From assembly GCA_016870595.1 (NCBI GenBank), contig VGBI01000002.1:10623-74622 (forward strand): 64,000 bases of DNA, read 5' to 3'. Shown in pieces: positions 28,254 through 37,255 of the stretch. The notes beneath the pieces were generated by a model. That model made no database searches and was not told where the DNA came from. It was given only the letters and a program-made list of their open reading frames with translations. The number at the start of each line of letters is the position of its first letter. Position 1 is the first letter of the stretch. A program made the translations under genes and the position numbers. Origin of the DNA: Actinomycetota bacterium (GTDB lineage Bacteria > Actinomycetota > Acidimicrobiia > IMCC26256 > PALSA-555).

Positions 28254-29609
28254 TCAGCCGGTGAAGCGGGGAACCGGCACGGGTGTCGGCACACCGTTCA
28301 CGATCAGGAACGCCTCGCCGAAGCCGACCTCGAAGTCGCCGCTCGGGTCGATGGTCTGCTCCGAGAACGTGTACTCCCCGGCCGGTGCCGACACCGGGAG
28401 GGTCACCGCACACACTGAGGCGCTGGCGAGGGTCACCCCGCTCACGGTGAGCACTCCGTCGGTGACCGTGGCGGTGCCGCCACAGCCGTTGACCGGGGCA
28501 CCGGTCACGGTGATCCCGAGGGGCACGGGCACCACGAAGCCGCCGCTCTGGCTGACGAACTTCGTGTTCACGACCTCGAACACCAGCTCGCTGCTCTCGC
28601 CCTCGTCGATCTCGAACGGGGCGAAGTAGGCGGTCACGTTGGCGGCCTGGAACCCGACGGTGGTCTTCTGCGAGAAGGTGTACACCCCCGGGGCGGTGCC
28701 CACGGTCCACTGCAGGTCGAGGCCGGCGTCGTGTTCGTCGAGGTCCACGAAGAAGCCGATGTCGTCACCGGCGTCGATCTGGTCGTAGATCGGGTCCTCG
28801 TACCAGCCGGCGTAGAGGCCGGTGACCTCGCCGCCGCCACGGATCTCGCCGTAGGCGATGAAGATCTCGGAGGTGGGGTTCACCTCGTAGGCCGCGTCGA
28901 GCGGGGCCGAGGTGGAGAAGCCGGGGCCGATCCCGATGCCCTTGCCGTTATCGTCGTTGCCGGGGGCGGCGTCACCGCCCATGTAGAACTTCACGACCTC
29001 GGTGTTCCCGGCGGGGATGGTCACCTGGTAGGTGTCGATGAAGTAGTTGTTCGGGAACACGTAGGTGACGAACCGGTCGAGGGTGTAGGTCAGGCCACCG
29101 TGCTCCACCGTGTGGCGGATGTGGGCCGATCCGGATCCCTCGGCGGTGGGGTTGTCGAGGGTGTCGGAGCCCTCCGGGGCCCGCCCGATCGCGCCCGACG
29201 TGCTCACGATCGTCGTGGTGGCGAACGAGTCGGCACCGTTTTCTGAGGCCGCTCCCGCCTCGCCGTAGAGGGTGCCCCCGATGTTGAGCATCGGCCCGGC
29301 GCCGCTGCAGCACCACTGGCTGGTGTCGGCGAAGTACACCTGGTCGGAGCCGTCCTCAGGGACCTCGTCCGCGGCGCCCGAGGTACCGGTGTATCCGTCG
29401 TAGCCGTTGAGGACGATCTGGAGGCCGTCGGCGCCGGTGGGGTCGGCGCCACCGCCGGGGTTGATCACCACCATGTCGGCGCCGTTCTGGCTCGAGTCGG
29501 CGCCGACCGGTGCGGCGGTGACGAGCACTGCCGGGAGGGCCGCGGCGGCGAGCGCCACCGAGGCGATCACGGCGCCGAGGCGGCGGCGGGGGGTGCGGGA
29601 TGCGGACAC
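28254..29609 (-). CDS. Large secreted protein of unknown function (451 aa from GTG 29609)
   Basis: GGAG precedes GTG 29609. The protein begins RTPRRRLGAVIASVALAAAALPAVLVTAAPVGA (signal peptide, RR-containing). It is Gly/Asp/Thr-rich, carries a WCCSGAG motif, and has a Cys-pair beta-rich module at the C-terminus. Confidence 0.65.
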   Translation of the reverse strand: MSASRTPRRRLGAVIASVALAAAALPAVLVTAAPVGADSSQNGADMVVINPGGGADPTGADGLQIVLNGYDGYTGTSGAADEVPEDGSDQVYFADTSQWCCSGAGPMLNIGGTLYGEAGAASENGADSFATTTIVSTSGAIGRAPEGSDTLDNPTAEGSGSAHIRHTVEHGGLTYTLDRFVTYVFPNNYFIDTYQVTIPAGNTEVVKFYMGGDAAPGNDDNGKGIGIGPGFSTSAPLDAAYEVNPTSEIFIAYGEIRGGGEVTGLYAGWYEDPIYDQIDAGDDIGFFVDLDEHDAGLDLQWTVGTAPGVYTFSQKTTVGFQAANVTAYFAPFEIDEGESSELVFEVVNTKFVSQSGGFVVPVPLGITVTGAPVNGCGGTATVTDGVLTVSGVTLASASVCAVTLPVSAPAGEYTFSEQTIDPSGDFEVGFGEAFLIVNGVPTPVPVPRFTG

Positions 29610-29761
29610 GGAGCTCCTCGGGTGGTCAGGTGTGGTGATCGCGCGGCAGGATACATGTAGGCGCAAGAAGACCGCTCACCGAAGATTCCCGCCTGGGCGA
29701 ATCGACGAGAACCTTCGAACCGGCCCCGTGCACGAGCACGGCGGATCGTCGGTGAGGGGCG

Positions 29762-30880
29762 TCAGGCGTGGATCCCGACCGCGGCGAGCGCAGCGGCGAC
29801 CGCCGGGTTCACGAGCCGGCCGGCCTCGGTGTTGACCCCGAGGGCGAGGGCGGGGTCGGCGGTGGTGGCGTCGGCGACGCCCCGGGTGGCCAGAGCCACC
29901 ACCGACGCCAGGGTCGCGTTGGTCAGCGCGTGCGTGCTCGTGTGGGGCACGGCCCCGGGCATGTTGCCCACGGCGTAGTGGAGCACGCCGTGGCGCTCGT
30001 ACACCGGGTCGGCGTGCGAGGTCTCGCGGGTGGTGGCGACGCAGCCGCCCTGGTCCACCGCCACGTCGACGATCACCGCGCCCGGGCGCATCGCCGCCAC
30101 GAGGTCCTCGCCGACCAGCACGGGGGCCCGCCCGCCCGGCACCAGCACGGCGCCGATCAGCAGGTCGGCGTCGGCGACGAGCCGCTCGACCACCGCCCGG
30201 TTGCTCGCGTGGGTGGTGACCCGGCCCGCGGCGACGGCGTCGATGCCCCGCAGCTGCGCGACGTCGCGGTTGACCATGCGGACCTCGGCCCCCATCCCGG
30301 CCGCGATCCGTCCCGCGCTCCATCCGACGGTGCCGGCGCCGAGCACCACGACCCTCGCCGGCGCGACGCCGGGGACCCCACCGAGGAGCATGCCCCGGCC
30401 CCCGGGGGTGCGCTCGAGGAAGCGGGCGCCGACCTGGGGGGCCATGCGGCCCGCGATCTCGCTCATGGGCACGAGCAGGGGTAGCGACCCGTCGGCCCGC
30501 TGCACCGTCTCGTAGGCGATGCCCGTCACCCCGTGGGCGAGCAGTGCGCGCGCGACCTCGGGGTAGGCGGCGAGGTGGAGGTAGGTGAACAGCACGAGAC
30601 CGGGGCGCAGGAACGCGAACTCGGTGGGTTGGGGCTCCTTGACCTTCACCACGAGGTCGGCCCGGGCCCAGACGTCGTCGGCCCGGTCGACCACACGCGC
30701 GCCGGCCGCGGCGTAGTCGTCGGTGGGCAGGGCCGAGTCGAGCCCGGCGTCGCGCTCGACCAGGACCGGGACCCCGTGGGCGTGCAGCTCGCGCACGCCG
30801 TCGGGGGTGAGGGCGACGCGGTGCTCGCCCGGCTTGGTCTCGCGCACCACCCCGACGGTGAGGGGCAGCGACGGGCTCAC
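29762..30880 (-). CDS. ald: L-alanine dehydrogenase
   Basis: VGVVRETKPGEHRVALTPDGV...VLGAGTVG...; 372 aa. GTG 30880 overlaps the upstream stop (GTGA). Confidence 0.92.
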   Translation of the reverse strand: MSPSLPLTVGVVRETKPGEHRVALTPDGVRELHAHGVPVLVERDAGLDSALPTDDYAAAGARVVDRADDVWARADLVVKVKEPQPTEFAFLRPGLVLFTYLHLAAYPEVARALLAHGVTGIAYETVQRADGSLPLLVPMSEIAGRMAPQVGARFLERTPGGRGMLLGGVPGVAPARVVVLGAGTVGWSAGRIAAGMGAEVRMVNRDVAQLRGIDAVAAGRVTTHASNRAVVERLVADADLLIGAVLVPGGRAPVLVGEDLVAAMRPGAVIVDVAVDQGGCVATTRETSHADPVYERHGVLHYAVGNMPGAVPHTSTHALTNATLASVVALATRGVADATTADPALALGVNTEAGRLVNPAVAAALAAVGIHA

Positions 30881-32307
30881 GTCCGGGTCGCCCCGACGGC
30901 GCTCCCCACGAACGTGCGGCTCGCCTCGGCGAGGGCGACCCCGACCCGCTCGCAGAGCACGTCGAGCTCCTCGGGTCGGGCCACGAGCGGCGGCGCCAGC
31001 TGCACCACCGGGTGGCCACGGTCGTCGGTGCGGGCGATCACGCCGAGCTCCCACAGCCGGGGCGCCAGGAAGCCCCGGAGCACCGCCTCACCCTCGGGCC
31101 GCGTGAACGGCTCCCGGGTCTCGGGGTCCTTCACCAGCTCGAGCGCCCAGAAGAAGCCGGCGCCCCGCAGGTCGCCCACGATCGGCAGATCGGCGAGCGT
31201 GCGCAGCCGGGCCTCGAAGGCGGCCTCCTGCGCGCGCACGTTCCCGAGCACCGCCTCCCGCTCGAAGAGGTCGAGGTTGGCGAGGGCGACCGCGCAGCTG
31301 ACCGGGTGCCCGCCGAACGTGATGCCGTGGGCGAAGGACGCGGTGCCCTCGAGGAAGGGTGCGGCGAGGAAGTCACGGCAGATCACGGCGCCGAGCGGCG
31401 AGTAGCCGCTGGTGAGCCCCTTCGCGCAGGTGATCATGTCGGGCAGGTAGTCGTAGCGCTGGGCGCCGAACATGTGCCCGAGCCGACCGAACGCGCAGAT
31501 CACCTCGTCGGACACCAGCAGCACGCCGTACCGGTCGCAGATCTCGCGCACGCGGGCGAAGTACCCGGCCGGCGGGACGAAGCACCCACCCGCGTTCTGG
31601 AGGGGCTCGAGGAACACCGCGGCGACGGTGTCGGGGCCCTCGAACAGGATCGCCTCCTCGATCGCGTCGGTCACCGCGAGCATGAACGCGTGCTCGTCGT
31701 GCTCGAGCGGGTGGCGGAAGCGGTTGGTGTTGGGCACGTGCACCGCACCCGGGGTGAGCGGCTCGAACGGCTGGCGCATGGCCGGGATGCCGGTGACCGC
31801 GAGGGCGCCGAGACTGGTGCCGTGGTACGCGGTCCGGCGCGCGATCACCTTGTGCCGGTTGGGTTGGCCGGTGGCCCGGAAGTACGCACGCGCGAGCTTC
31901 CACGCCGACTCCACCGCCTCCGACCCCCCGCTCGTGAAGAACACGCGGTCGAGGTCGCCGGGCGCGAGGGCGGCGATGCGCGCGGCCAGCTCGATCGCGG
32001 GCGGGTGCGCATGGCTCCAGATCGGGAAGTACTCGAGGGTCCCGGCCTGCTGCGCCGCGGCGGCGGCCAGCTCCGGGCGCCCGTGGCCGACCTGCACGGT
32101 GAAGAGTCCGGAGAGGCCGTCGAGCAGCCGGTGGCCGGTGACGTCCTCGACCCAGCAGCCCTCGCCGCGCGCGAGCACCGGCACCGGGTGGTCCTCGCCG
32201 AAGGTCCCGAGGCGCGAGAAGTGGAGCCAGAGGTGGCGCCGGGCGAGGCGGTCGAGGCGAACCGGGTCGAGGTCGCCGGGGGTGCCGGGGGGCGGCGGTG
32301 CAGCCAT
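30877..32307 (-). CDS. Class-III (omega) aminotransferase, pyruvate-type transaminase-like
   Basis: 476 aa containing SGGSEAVESAWKLAR, LVSDEVICAFGRLG and ITCAKGLTSGY (PLP lysine). Confidence 0.9.
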   Translation of the reverse strand: MAAPPPPGTPGDLDPVRLDRLARRHLWLHFSRLGTFGEDHPVPVLARGEGCWVEDVTGHRLLDGLSGLFTVQVGHGRPELAAAAAQQAGTLEYFPIWSHAHPPAIELAARIAALAPGDLDRVFFTSGGSEAVESAWKLARAYFRATGQPNRHKVIARRTAYHGTSLGALAVTGIPAMRQPFEPLTPGAVHVPNTNRFRHPLEHDEHAFMLAVTDAIEEAILFEGPDTVAAVFLEPLQNAGGCFVPPAGYFARVREICDRYGVLLVSDEVICAFGRLGHMFGAQRYDYLPDMITCAKGLTSGYSPLGAVICRDFLAAPFLEGTASFAHGITFGGHPVSCAVALANLDLFEREAVLGNVRAQEAAFEARLRTLADLPIVGDLRGAGFFWALELVKDPETREPFTRPEGEAVLRGFLAPRLWELGVIARTDDRGHPVVQLAPPLVARPEELDVLCERVGVALAEASRTFVGSAVGATRT

Positions 32308-32316
32308 GCCCCCAGG

Positions 32317-32961
32317 CTAGGCCCAGCGCTCGACCAGCGTGGCGGGGTCGGTGACGACGTCGATCCCGTCGCGGGCGTCGAGCCAGTCGCGGCTCTCCAC
32401 GTGCACGGGATCGGTCGGATCGAAGCGGTTGAGCGCCACGGTGACCGTGCGGTTGGCCAGTGCGCCCATGACCAGCCGGACCGAGTGGATCACCCCGAGC
32501 GCCGCGTCGGCGACGACCAGCACCGCGTCGGGGCGCAGCGCCTGCACCAGCGTGCGGGTGTCGCCGTCGTCGGCGAGGGGGGAGCGCAGGCCGCCGGCGC
32601 CCTCGACCAGCCCGACCCCGACCCCGACCGGCCAGTCGATCTCGTCGACGAGGTCGGCCACCCGGAACGGCGCGAGGCCGAGGCGGGCCGCCGCGATCGG
32701 GGGCGCCATCGCCTCGGCCAGCCAGCGGTGGGTGGGGCAGACCGCCTCGGGCTGCTCCCCGCTCGCGGCGGCGAGGACCGAGGCGTCGAGCGCGGCGAAG
32801 GGGTCGGTCGGTGCGTACGACTGCACGGGCTTGCGCGCCGCGACCGCGACCCCGCGGGCCCGCAACCCCCGGAGCAGCGCGGCCGACCACCAGGTCTTGC
32901 CCACCTCGGTGCCGGTCCCCGTGACCACCACGAGCCGATCGGGCCGGTGCCGGGTGGTCAC
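32317..32961 (-). CDS. bioD: Dethiobiotin synthetase
   Basis: LVVVTGTGTEVGKTWWSAALL...LVEGAGGLRSPL. GTG 32961 overlaps the bioF stop. Confidence 0.88.
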   Translation of the reverse strand: MTTRHRPDRLVVVTGTGTEVGKTWWSAALLRGLRARGVAVAARKPVQSYAPTDPFAALDASVLAAASGEQPEAVCPTHRWLAEAMAPPIAAARLGLAPFRVADLVDEIDWPVGVGVGLVEGAGGLRSPLADDGDTRTLVQALRPDAVLVVADAALGVIHSVRLVMGALANRTVTVALNRFDPTDPVHVESRDWLDARDGIDVVTDPATLVERWA

Positions 32962-34103
32962 GGCGCCGTCCCCGGTGGGGTGCCGCAGGCGGCGTCCAGC
33001 GCGACGGTCAGGGCGGCGACCAACGCGTCGACCTGCGCGGGGGTGTGGGCGGCCGAGAGCGCCAGCCGCAACCGTGACGTGCCGGGGGCCACGGTGGGGG
33101 GTCGGATCGCGGGCACGAGGAAGCCGCGCGCGCAGAGGGCGTCGGCGACCCGGACGGTCGCGGCCTCGTCGCCCACGACGACGGGCACGATCGGTGAGGG
33201 ATGCCCCGGGCGCACGCGGTCGACGTTGGCCCGGAGGCGGGCCCGGAGCGCGTCGCCCTCGGGCGAGCGCACGACGTCGAGCGCGGCGAGGGCCGCAGCG
33301 GTGTCGGCCGGGGTGGAGGCCGTGGTGAAGATGTACGAGCGGGCCCGGTTGACCAGGAGATCGGTGAACGCGCGTGGCCCGGCGACGAACCCCCCGAGGC
33401 TGGCGAGGGTCTTCGAGAGCGTGCCGACCCGGAGCGCGTCGACGCCGCCGAGGTCGGGGTCGGGCCCGAGCGCGGCGTGCGCGTCGTCGAGGATCAGCAG
33501 CGCGCCGTGCCGGGCGCACACCTCGGCGAGTGGCTCGACCGGCGCGACGTCGCCGTCCATCGAGAACACGGTGTCGGTGACCACGACCGCGCGCCGGCCG
33601 GGGACCTCGGCGAGGAGGTGGTCGACGTGCTCGGGGTCGGCGTGGCGGTACACCGTGACCTCGGCGCGCGACATGCGGCACCCGTCGATGATCGAGGCGT
33701 GGTTGAGCGCGTCGGAGCACACGAGCACGTCGGGCCCGCCGAACGTGGTGAGCACCCCGAGGTTCGCGGCGAAGCCGGTGGGGAAGAGCACCGCGGCCTC
33801 GGTGCGCCGCCACTCGGCCAGGGCCCGCTCCAGGTCGGAGTGCACCGGGCGCGACCCGACGATGAGCCGGGCGGAGCCGGCCCCGGACCCCCAGCGGTCG
33901 AGCGCGGCGTGGGCGGCGGCGATCACCGCCGGGTGCCGGGTCAGGCCGAGGTAGTCGTTGGACGCGAACGACACGACGGTGGGCCCGCCGGTGGTCAGCG
34001 TGCCCACCGGACCGGCGGCGTCGAGGTCGCGCGGCGCGCGCCAGCGGCCGGCGTCGCGGACCCGGCCGGACTCGGCCCCGGCCCAGTCGCGCCAGCGGCT
34101 CAC
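32958..34103 (-). CDS. bioF: 8-amino-7-oxononanoate synthase
   Basis: SFASNDYLGL...SDALNHASIIDG...FSMDGD...LSKTLAS (PLP lysine). GTG 34103 overlaps the bioA stop. Confidence 0.9.
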   Translation of the reverse strand: MSRWRDWAGAESGRVRDAGRWRAPRDLDAAGPVGTLTTGGPTVVSFASNDYLGLTRHPAVIAAAHAALDRWGSGAGSARLIVGSRPVHSDLERALAEWRRTEAAVLFPTGFAANLGVLTTFGGPDVLVCSDALNHASIIDGCRMSRAEVTVYRHADPEHVDHLLAEVPGRRAVVVTDTVFSMDGDVAPVEPLAEVCARHGALLILDDAHAALGPDPDLGGVDALRVGTLSKTLASLGGFVAGPRAFTDLLVNRARSYIFTTASTPADTAAALAALDVVRSPEGDALRARLRANVDRVRPGHPSPIVPVVVGDEAATVRVADALCARGFLVPAIRPPTVAPGTSRLRLALSAAHTPAQVDALVAALTVALDAACGTPPGTAP

Positions 34104-35446
34104 GAGGTGGCCCCGGCCGCCTCGGGGGCGCCTTCGGTGAGCGCCTCGGGGGCGCCTTCGGTGAGCGCCTCGGTGAGCACCCGCACGATCTCGTGGATCT
34201 CCCCGGAGGTCACGGTCAACGGGGGCATGAGCACCACCACGTCGCCGAGCGGGCGCAGCAGCACGCCCCGGCGCACCGCGGCGGCGCACACGCGTCGGCC
34301 CCAGCGGAGCCCGGGGCCGGGCGGCGCCAGCTCCACCCCGCCCATGAGTCCGTGGAGCCGCACCTCGCGGACCTGGGGCAGCGGCTCGATCCGGTCGGCG
34401 AGCAGACCCCGCAGCTCCTCGGACCGGGCCCGCACGTTGGCGAGCACGTCCCACGCGTCGATGAGCTCGAGGTGCCGGAGCGCGACCGCGGCCGCCAACG
34501 CGTTCCCGCTGTAGGAGTGCCCGTGGTAGAGCGTGTGCGGGCCGAGGTCCTCGCCCAGGAACGCGTCGTACACGCGCCCGCTCGCGACCGTGGCCGACAT
34601 CGCGAGGTACCCGGCGGTGAGGCCCTTGCCCAGGCACAGCAGGTCGGGGCGGATGCCGCACTGCTCGGACGCGAACAGCGTGCCGGTGCGGCCGAAGCCG
34701 GTGGCGACCTCGTCGCAGATGAGCAGGACGTCGTGCTCGGCGCAGGCGCGGGCGAGGCGGTGGAGGTCGGCCGGGTCGGCGAGGTGCATGCCCGCGGCGC
34801 CCTGGACGACCGGCTCCACGATCACCGCGGCGAGCTCGGCGGCGTGGGCGGCGACGAGCGCGACCGCTCGGTCGAAGCACTGCGGGTCGGTGAAGCCGGG
34901 GGCCCGGACCACGGGGAAGCGCAGCGGGTCGAACAGGTCGGTGCCGAAGCCGCCGTCGCCCACCGACAGCGCGCCGATCGTGTCGCCGTGGTAGGCGTCG
35001 CCGAAGCCGAGGAAGCGGGTCCGCCCCGTGACCCCGCGGTTGACCCAGTACTGGAAGGCGATCTTGAGCGCCTGCTCGACCGCGCTGGCGCCGTCGCCGG
35101 CGAACAGCACGTGGGCGTCGTCGACGGGCACGACCCGGGCCAGCGCCTCGGCCAGCTCGACCGTGGTGCGGTTGCCGTTGCCGAGCAGGGTGGTGTGCGC
35201 GCCCCGGGCGAGCTGGTCCCGCAGGGCGTCGTCGAGCTCGGGGACGCAGTGGCCGAGGGTGGTGACCCACAGCGACGAGATCGCGTCGAGGTAGCGGGTG
35301 CCCTCGGTGTCGTAGAGGTAGTGGCCCTCGGCCCGGTCGACCACGACCGGGGCGTTGTCGGGGTACGCGGCCATCTGGGTGAAGCCGTGCCAGACCACGG
35401 CGGCGTCCCGCTCGAGCCAGGTCCGTCCGTCGGCCATGCGTGCCAT
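34100..35446 (-). CDS. bioA: Adenosylmethionine-8-amino-7-oxononanoate aminotransferase; start ATG 35446 or 35437
   Basis: VWHGFTQM...YLDAISSLWVTTLGH...LICDEVATGFGRTG...LGKGLTAGY. Confidence 0.9.
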   Translation of the reverse strand: MARMADGRTWLERDAAVVWHGFTQMAAYPDNAPVVVDRAEGHYLYDTEGTRYLDAISSLWVTTLGHCVPELDDALRDQLARGAHTTLLGNGNRTTVELAEALARVVPVDDAHVLFAGDGASAVEQALKIAFQYWVNRGVTGRTRFLGFGDAYHGDTIGALSVGDGGFGTDLFDPLRFPVVRAPGFTDPQCFDRAVALVAAHAAELAAVIVEPVVQGAAGMHLADPADLHRLARACAEHDVLLICDEVATGFGRTGTLFASEQCGIRPDLLCLGKGLTAGYLAMSATVASGRVYDAFLGEDLGPHTLYHGHSYSGNALAAAVALRHLELIDAWDVLANVRARSEELRGLLADRIEPLPQVREVRLHGLMGGVELAPPGPGLRWGRRVCAAAVRRGVLLRPLGDVVVLMPPLTVTSGEIHEIVRVLTEALTEGAPEALTEGAPEAAGATS

Positions 35447-35516
35447 GATGCCCGGCCGAGGGGGAGCGCCGCGCAGGGAGCGGCGCGTCGCGAAGGGAGG
35501 GGAGCGCAGCGTGGGG

Positions 35517-36707
35517 ATGCAGGACGCCGCCGCGGTCGTCGGCGTGGGCGCCACCCGGTATTACAAGCGGGGCCAGTCGCTGCCCCAGACGCCGCTGGAG
35601 CTGGCCGGGACGGCCATGCTCGCGGCGCTCGCCGACGCCGGCCTCACCGTCGACGACGTCGACGGCCTCGCGCTCTACAGCATGGGCCTGGGCGGCGACA
35701 CCAGCCTGTTCGCCCAGGTGATGGGCATCCCCGAGGTGCGCTTCACCGCCACGCTCACCGGGGGCGGGGGCGGCTCGGCCGGCTCGGTGGGCCTGGCCGC
35801 GGCGGCGATCCACGCGGGCATGGCGACCACCGTGGTCAGCCTGATGACGCTGCAGCAGGCGGCGAGCCGGTTCGGCACCTCCTACGCGCCCCGGGGTCGG
35901 CCGGGCGCGCAGTACTCGGCGCCGCCGTCACCCGAGAAGGACTTCACCTCGCCGTCGGGGCTCATGGGACCCGGGCAGATGTTCGCGGTGCTCGCGATGC
36001 GGCACATGCACGAGTACGGCACGAGACGCGAGCACTTCGCCGAGGTCGCCATCTCGACCCGGGCGAACGCGATCCGGCGCGAGACCTCCCTGATGACCGC
36101 ACCCCTGACGCTCGACGACTACTTCAACGCCCGCATGATCGCCGAGCCCCTGTGCCTCTACGACTTCTGCCTCGAGTGCGACGGCGCAGTCGCGGTGGTG
36201 ACGACGTCGCTCGAGCGGGCCCGCGACCTGCGGCACCCCCCGGTGCGCATCCGTGCGTCGGCACACGGGGGGCACGGTCGCTGGGGCCAGGCCATCACCT
36301 GGATGAACATGCCCGACGAGTACTTCGCGTCGTCGGGCCACCGGCCGGTCGCGCAGCGGCTCTGGGCGATGGCCGGGATGACCGCGGCCGACGTGGACGT
36401 GGCCCTGCTCTACGACCACTTCTCGCCGATGGTGATCCTGCAGCTCGAGGACTACGGGTTCTGTCCGATCGGCGAGGGCGGGCCCTTCGTGGCCGACGGC
36501 AACATCCGCCACGGCACCGGCACCGTCCCGGTCAACACCCACGGCGGCAACCTCTCGGAGGCCTACATCATCGGCATGACCCACGTGAAGGAGGCGGTCG
36601 AGCAGCTGCGCGGGACCGCGGTGAACCAGGTCGACGGGGCCGAGGTCGCCCTCGTCACCGGCGGCCCGGCCTCCATCCCGACGAGTGCGCTGCTCCTCAC
36701 CCGATGA
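35517..36707 (+). CDS. Thiolase-like lipid-transfer protein (SCP-x/Ltp-type)
   Basis: The protein begins AAVVGVGATRYYKRG. It has a thiolase-like fold without the classic active-site Cys context and is followed by a DUF35 partner. ATG 35517 (or GTG 35511) follows GGGAGGGGAG. Confidence 0.8.
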   Translation: MQDAAAVVGVGATRYYKRGQSLPQTPLELAGTAMLAALADAGLTVDDVDGLALYSMGLGGDTSLFAQVMGIPEVRFTATLTGGGGGSAGSVGLAAAAIHAGMATTVVSLMTLQQAASRFGTSYAPRGRPGAQYSAPPSPEKDFTSPSGLMGPGQMFAVLAMRHMHEYGTRREHFAEVAISTRANAIRRETSLMTAPLTLDDYFNARMIAEPLCLYDFCLECDGAVAVVTTSLERARDLRHPPVRIRASAHGGHGRWGQAITWMNMPDEYFASSGHRPVAQRLWAMAGMTAADVDVALLYDHFSPMVILQLEDYGFCPIGEGGPFVADGNIRHGTGTVPVNTHGGNLSEAYIIGMTHVKEAVEQLRGTAVNQVDGAEVALVTGGPASIPTSALLLTR

Positions 36708-36747
36708 GCGCGACCCGACGCCCGATCCGGGACCGGGAGGTGCCCGC

Positions 36748-37194
36748 ATGACCGCCGACGAGCCGATGGCGAAGCTGTCGCCCGCGGAGCTGATCGCCCT
36801 CACGCCCGACGTGTTCACCGCCCCCTTCTGGGACGCGGCCCGCGACCACCGGCTGGTCGTGCCCCGCTGCACGGCGTGCGCGACCTACCGGTTCCCGCCC
36901 AGCGCGTTCTGCTTCGTGTGCCGGAGCCAGGCGGTGGAGTGGGTCGAGCAGCCGGGCCGGGGTGTGCTCTACAGCTACACGGTGGCGTGGCACCCGTTGC
37001 TCCCCGAGGTGCACGATGCGGTGCCGTACGTGCCCGCCGTGGTCGAGCTCCCCGACACCGGTGGGGTCCGCCTGATCGCCAACCTGGTCGAGGTGCGTCC
37101 GTCGGAGGTCCGGATCGGCATGGACCTCGAGCTCGTGTGGCGCGACGTCCATCCCGACGTCACCGTCGCAACCTTCCGACCCGCCGCCCGGTGA
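36748..37194 (+). CDS. DUF35 OB-fold/Zn-ribbon acyl-CoA-associated protein
   Basis: CTACATYRFPPSAFCFVCRS is the zinc ribbon, followed by an OB-fold region. GGGAGG precedes ATG 36748. Confidence 0.8.
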   Translation: MTADEPMAKLSPAELIALTPDVFTAPFWDAARDHRLVVPRCTACATYRFPPSAFCFVCRSQAVEWVEQPGRGVLYSYTVAWHPLLPEVHDAVPYVPAVVELPDTGGVRLIANLVEVRPSEVRIGMDLELVWRDVHPDVTVATFRPAAR

Positions 37195-37255
37195 CGACGC
37201 CCCCGCCGGACGGCGTCGTGGACGCCCGGTCCCGCCCCGCACTAGAACCACGCCC

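Noticed and set aside
27793-28710. Long version (649 aa) of the HprK-like ORF 26761..28710
   Set aside because: The extra 300 codons run antisense through the small-ORF pair and into the secreted-protein gene. The translation is Arg/Gly-rich with no motif. The phase of maximal GC3 changes within this stretch, which is inconsistent with one continuous minus-strand gene.
21433-29700. Integrative genomic island at tRNA-Lys
   Set aside because: The genes downstream of tRNA-Lys are hypothetical or accessory-looking. However, I found no integrase, recombinase or excisionase, no direct repeat of the tRNA 3' end, and no clear compositional break.
31012-33954. 980-aa plus-strand ORF across the aminotransferase/bioD/bioF region (and similar long ORFs such as 4556..5755, 5848..7038, 43345..45558, 50... 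shadow frames)
   Set aside because: It is antisense to clear homologs of known enzymes and has shadow-ORF composition.
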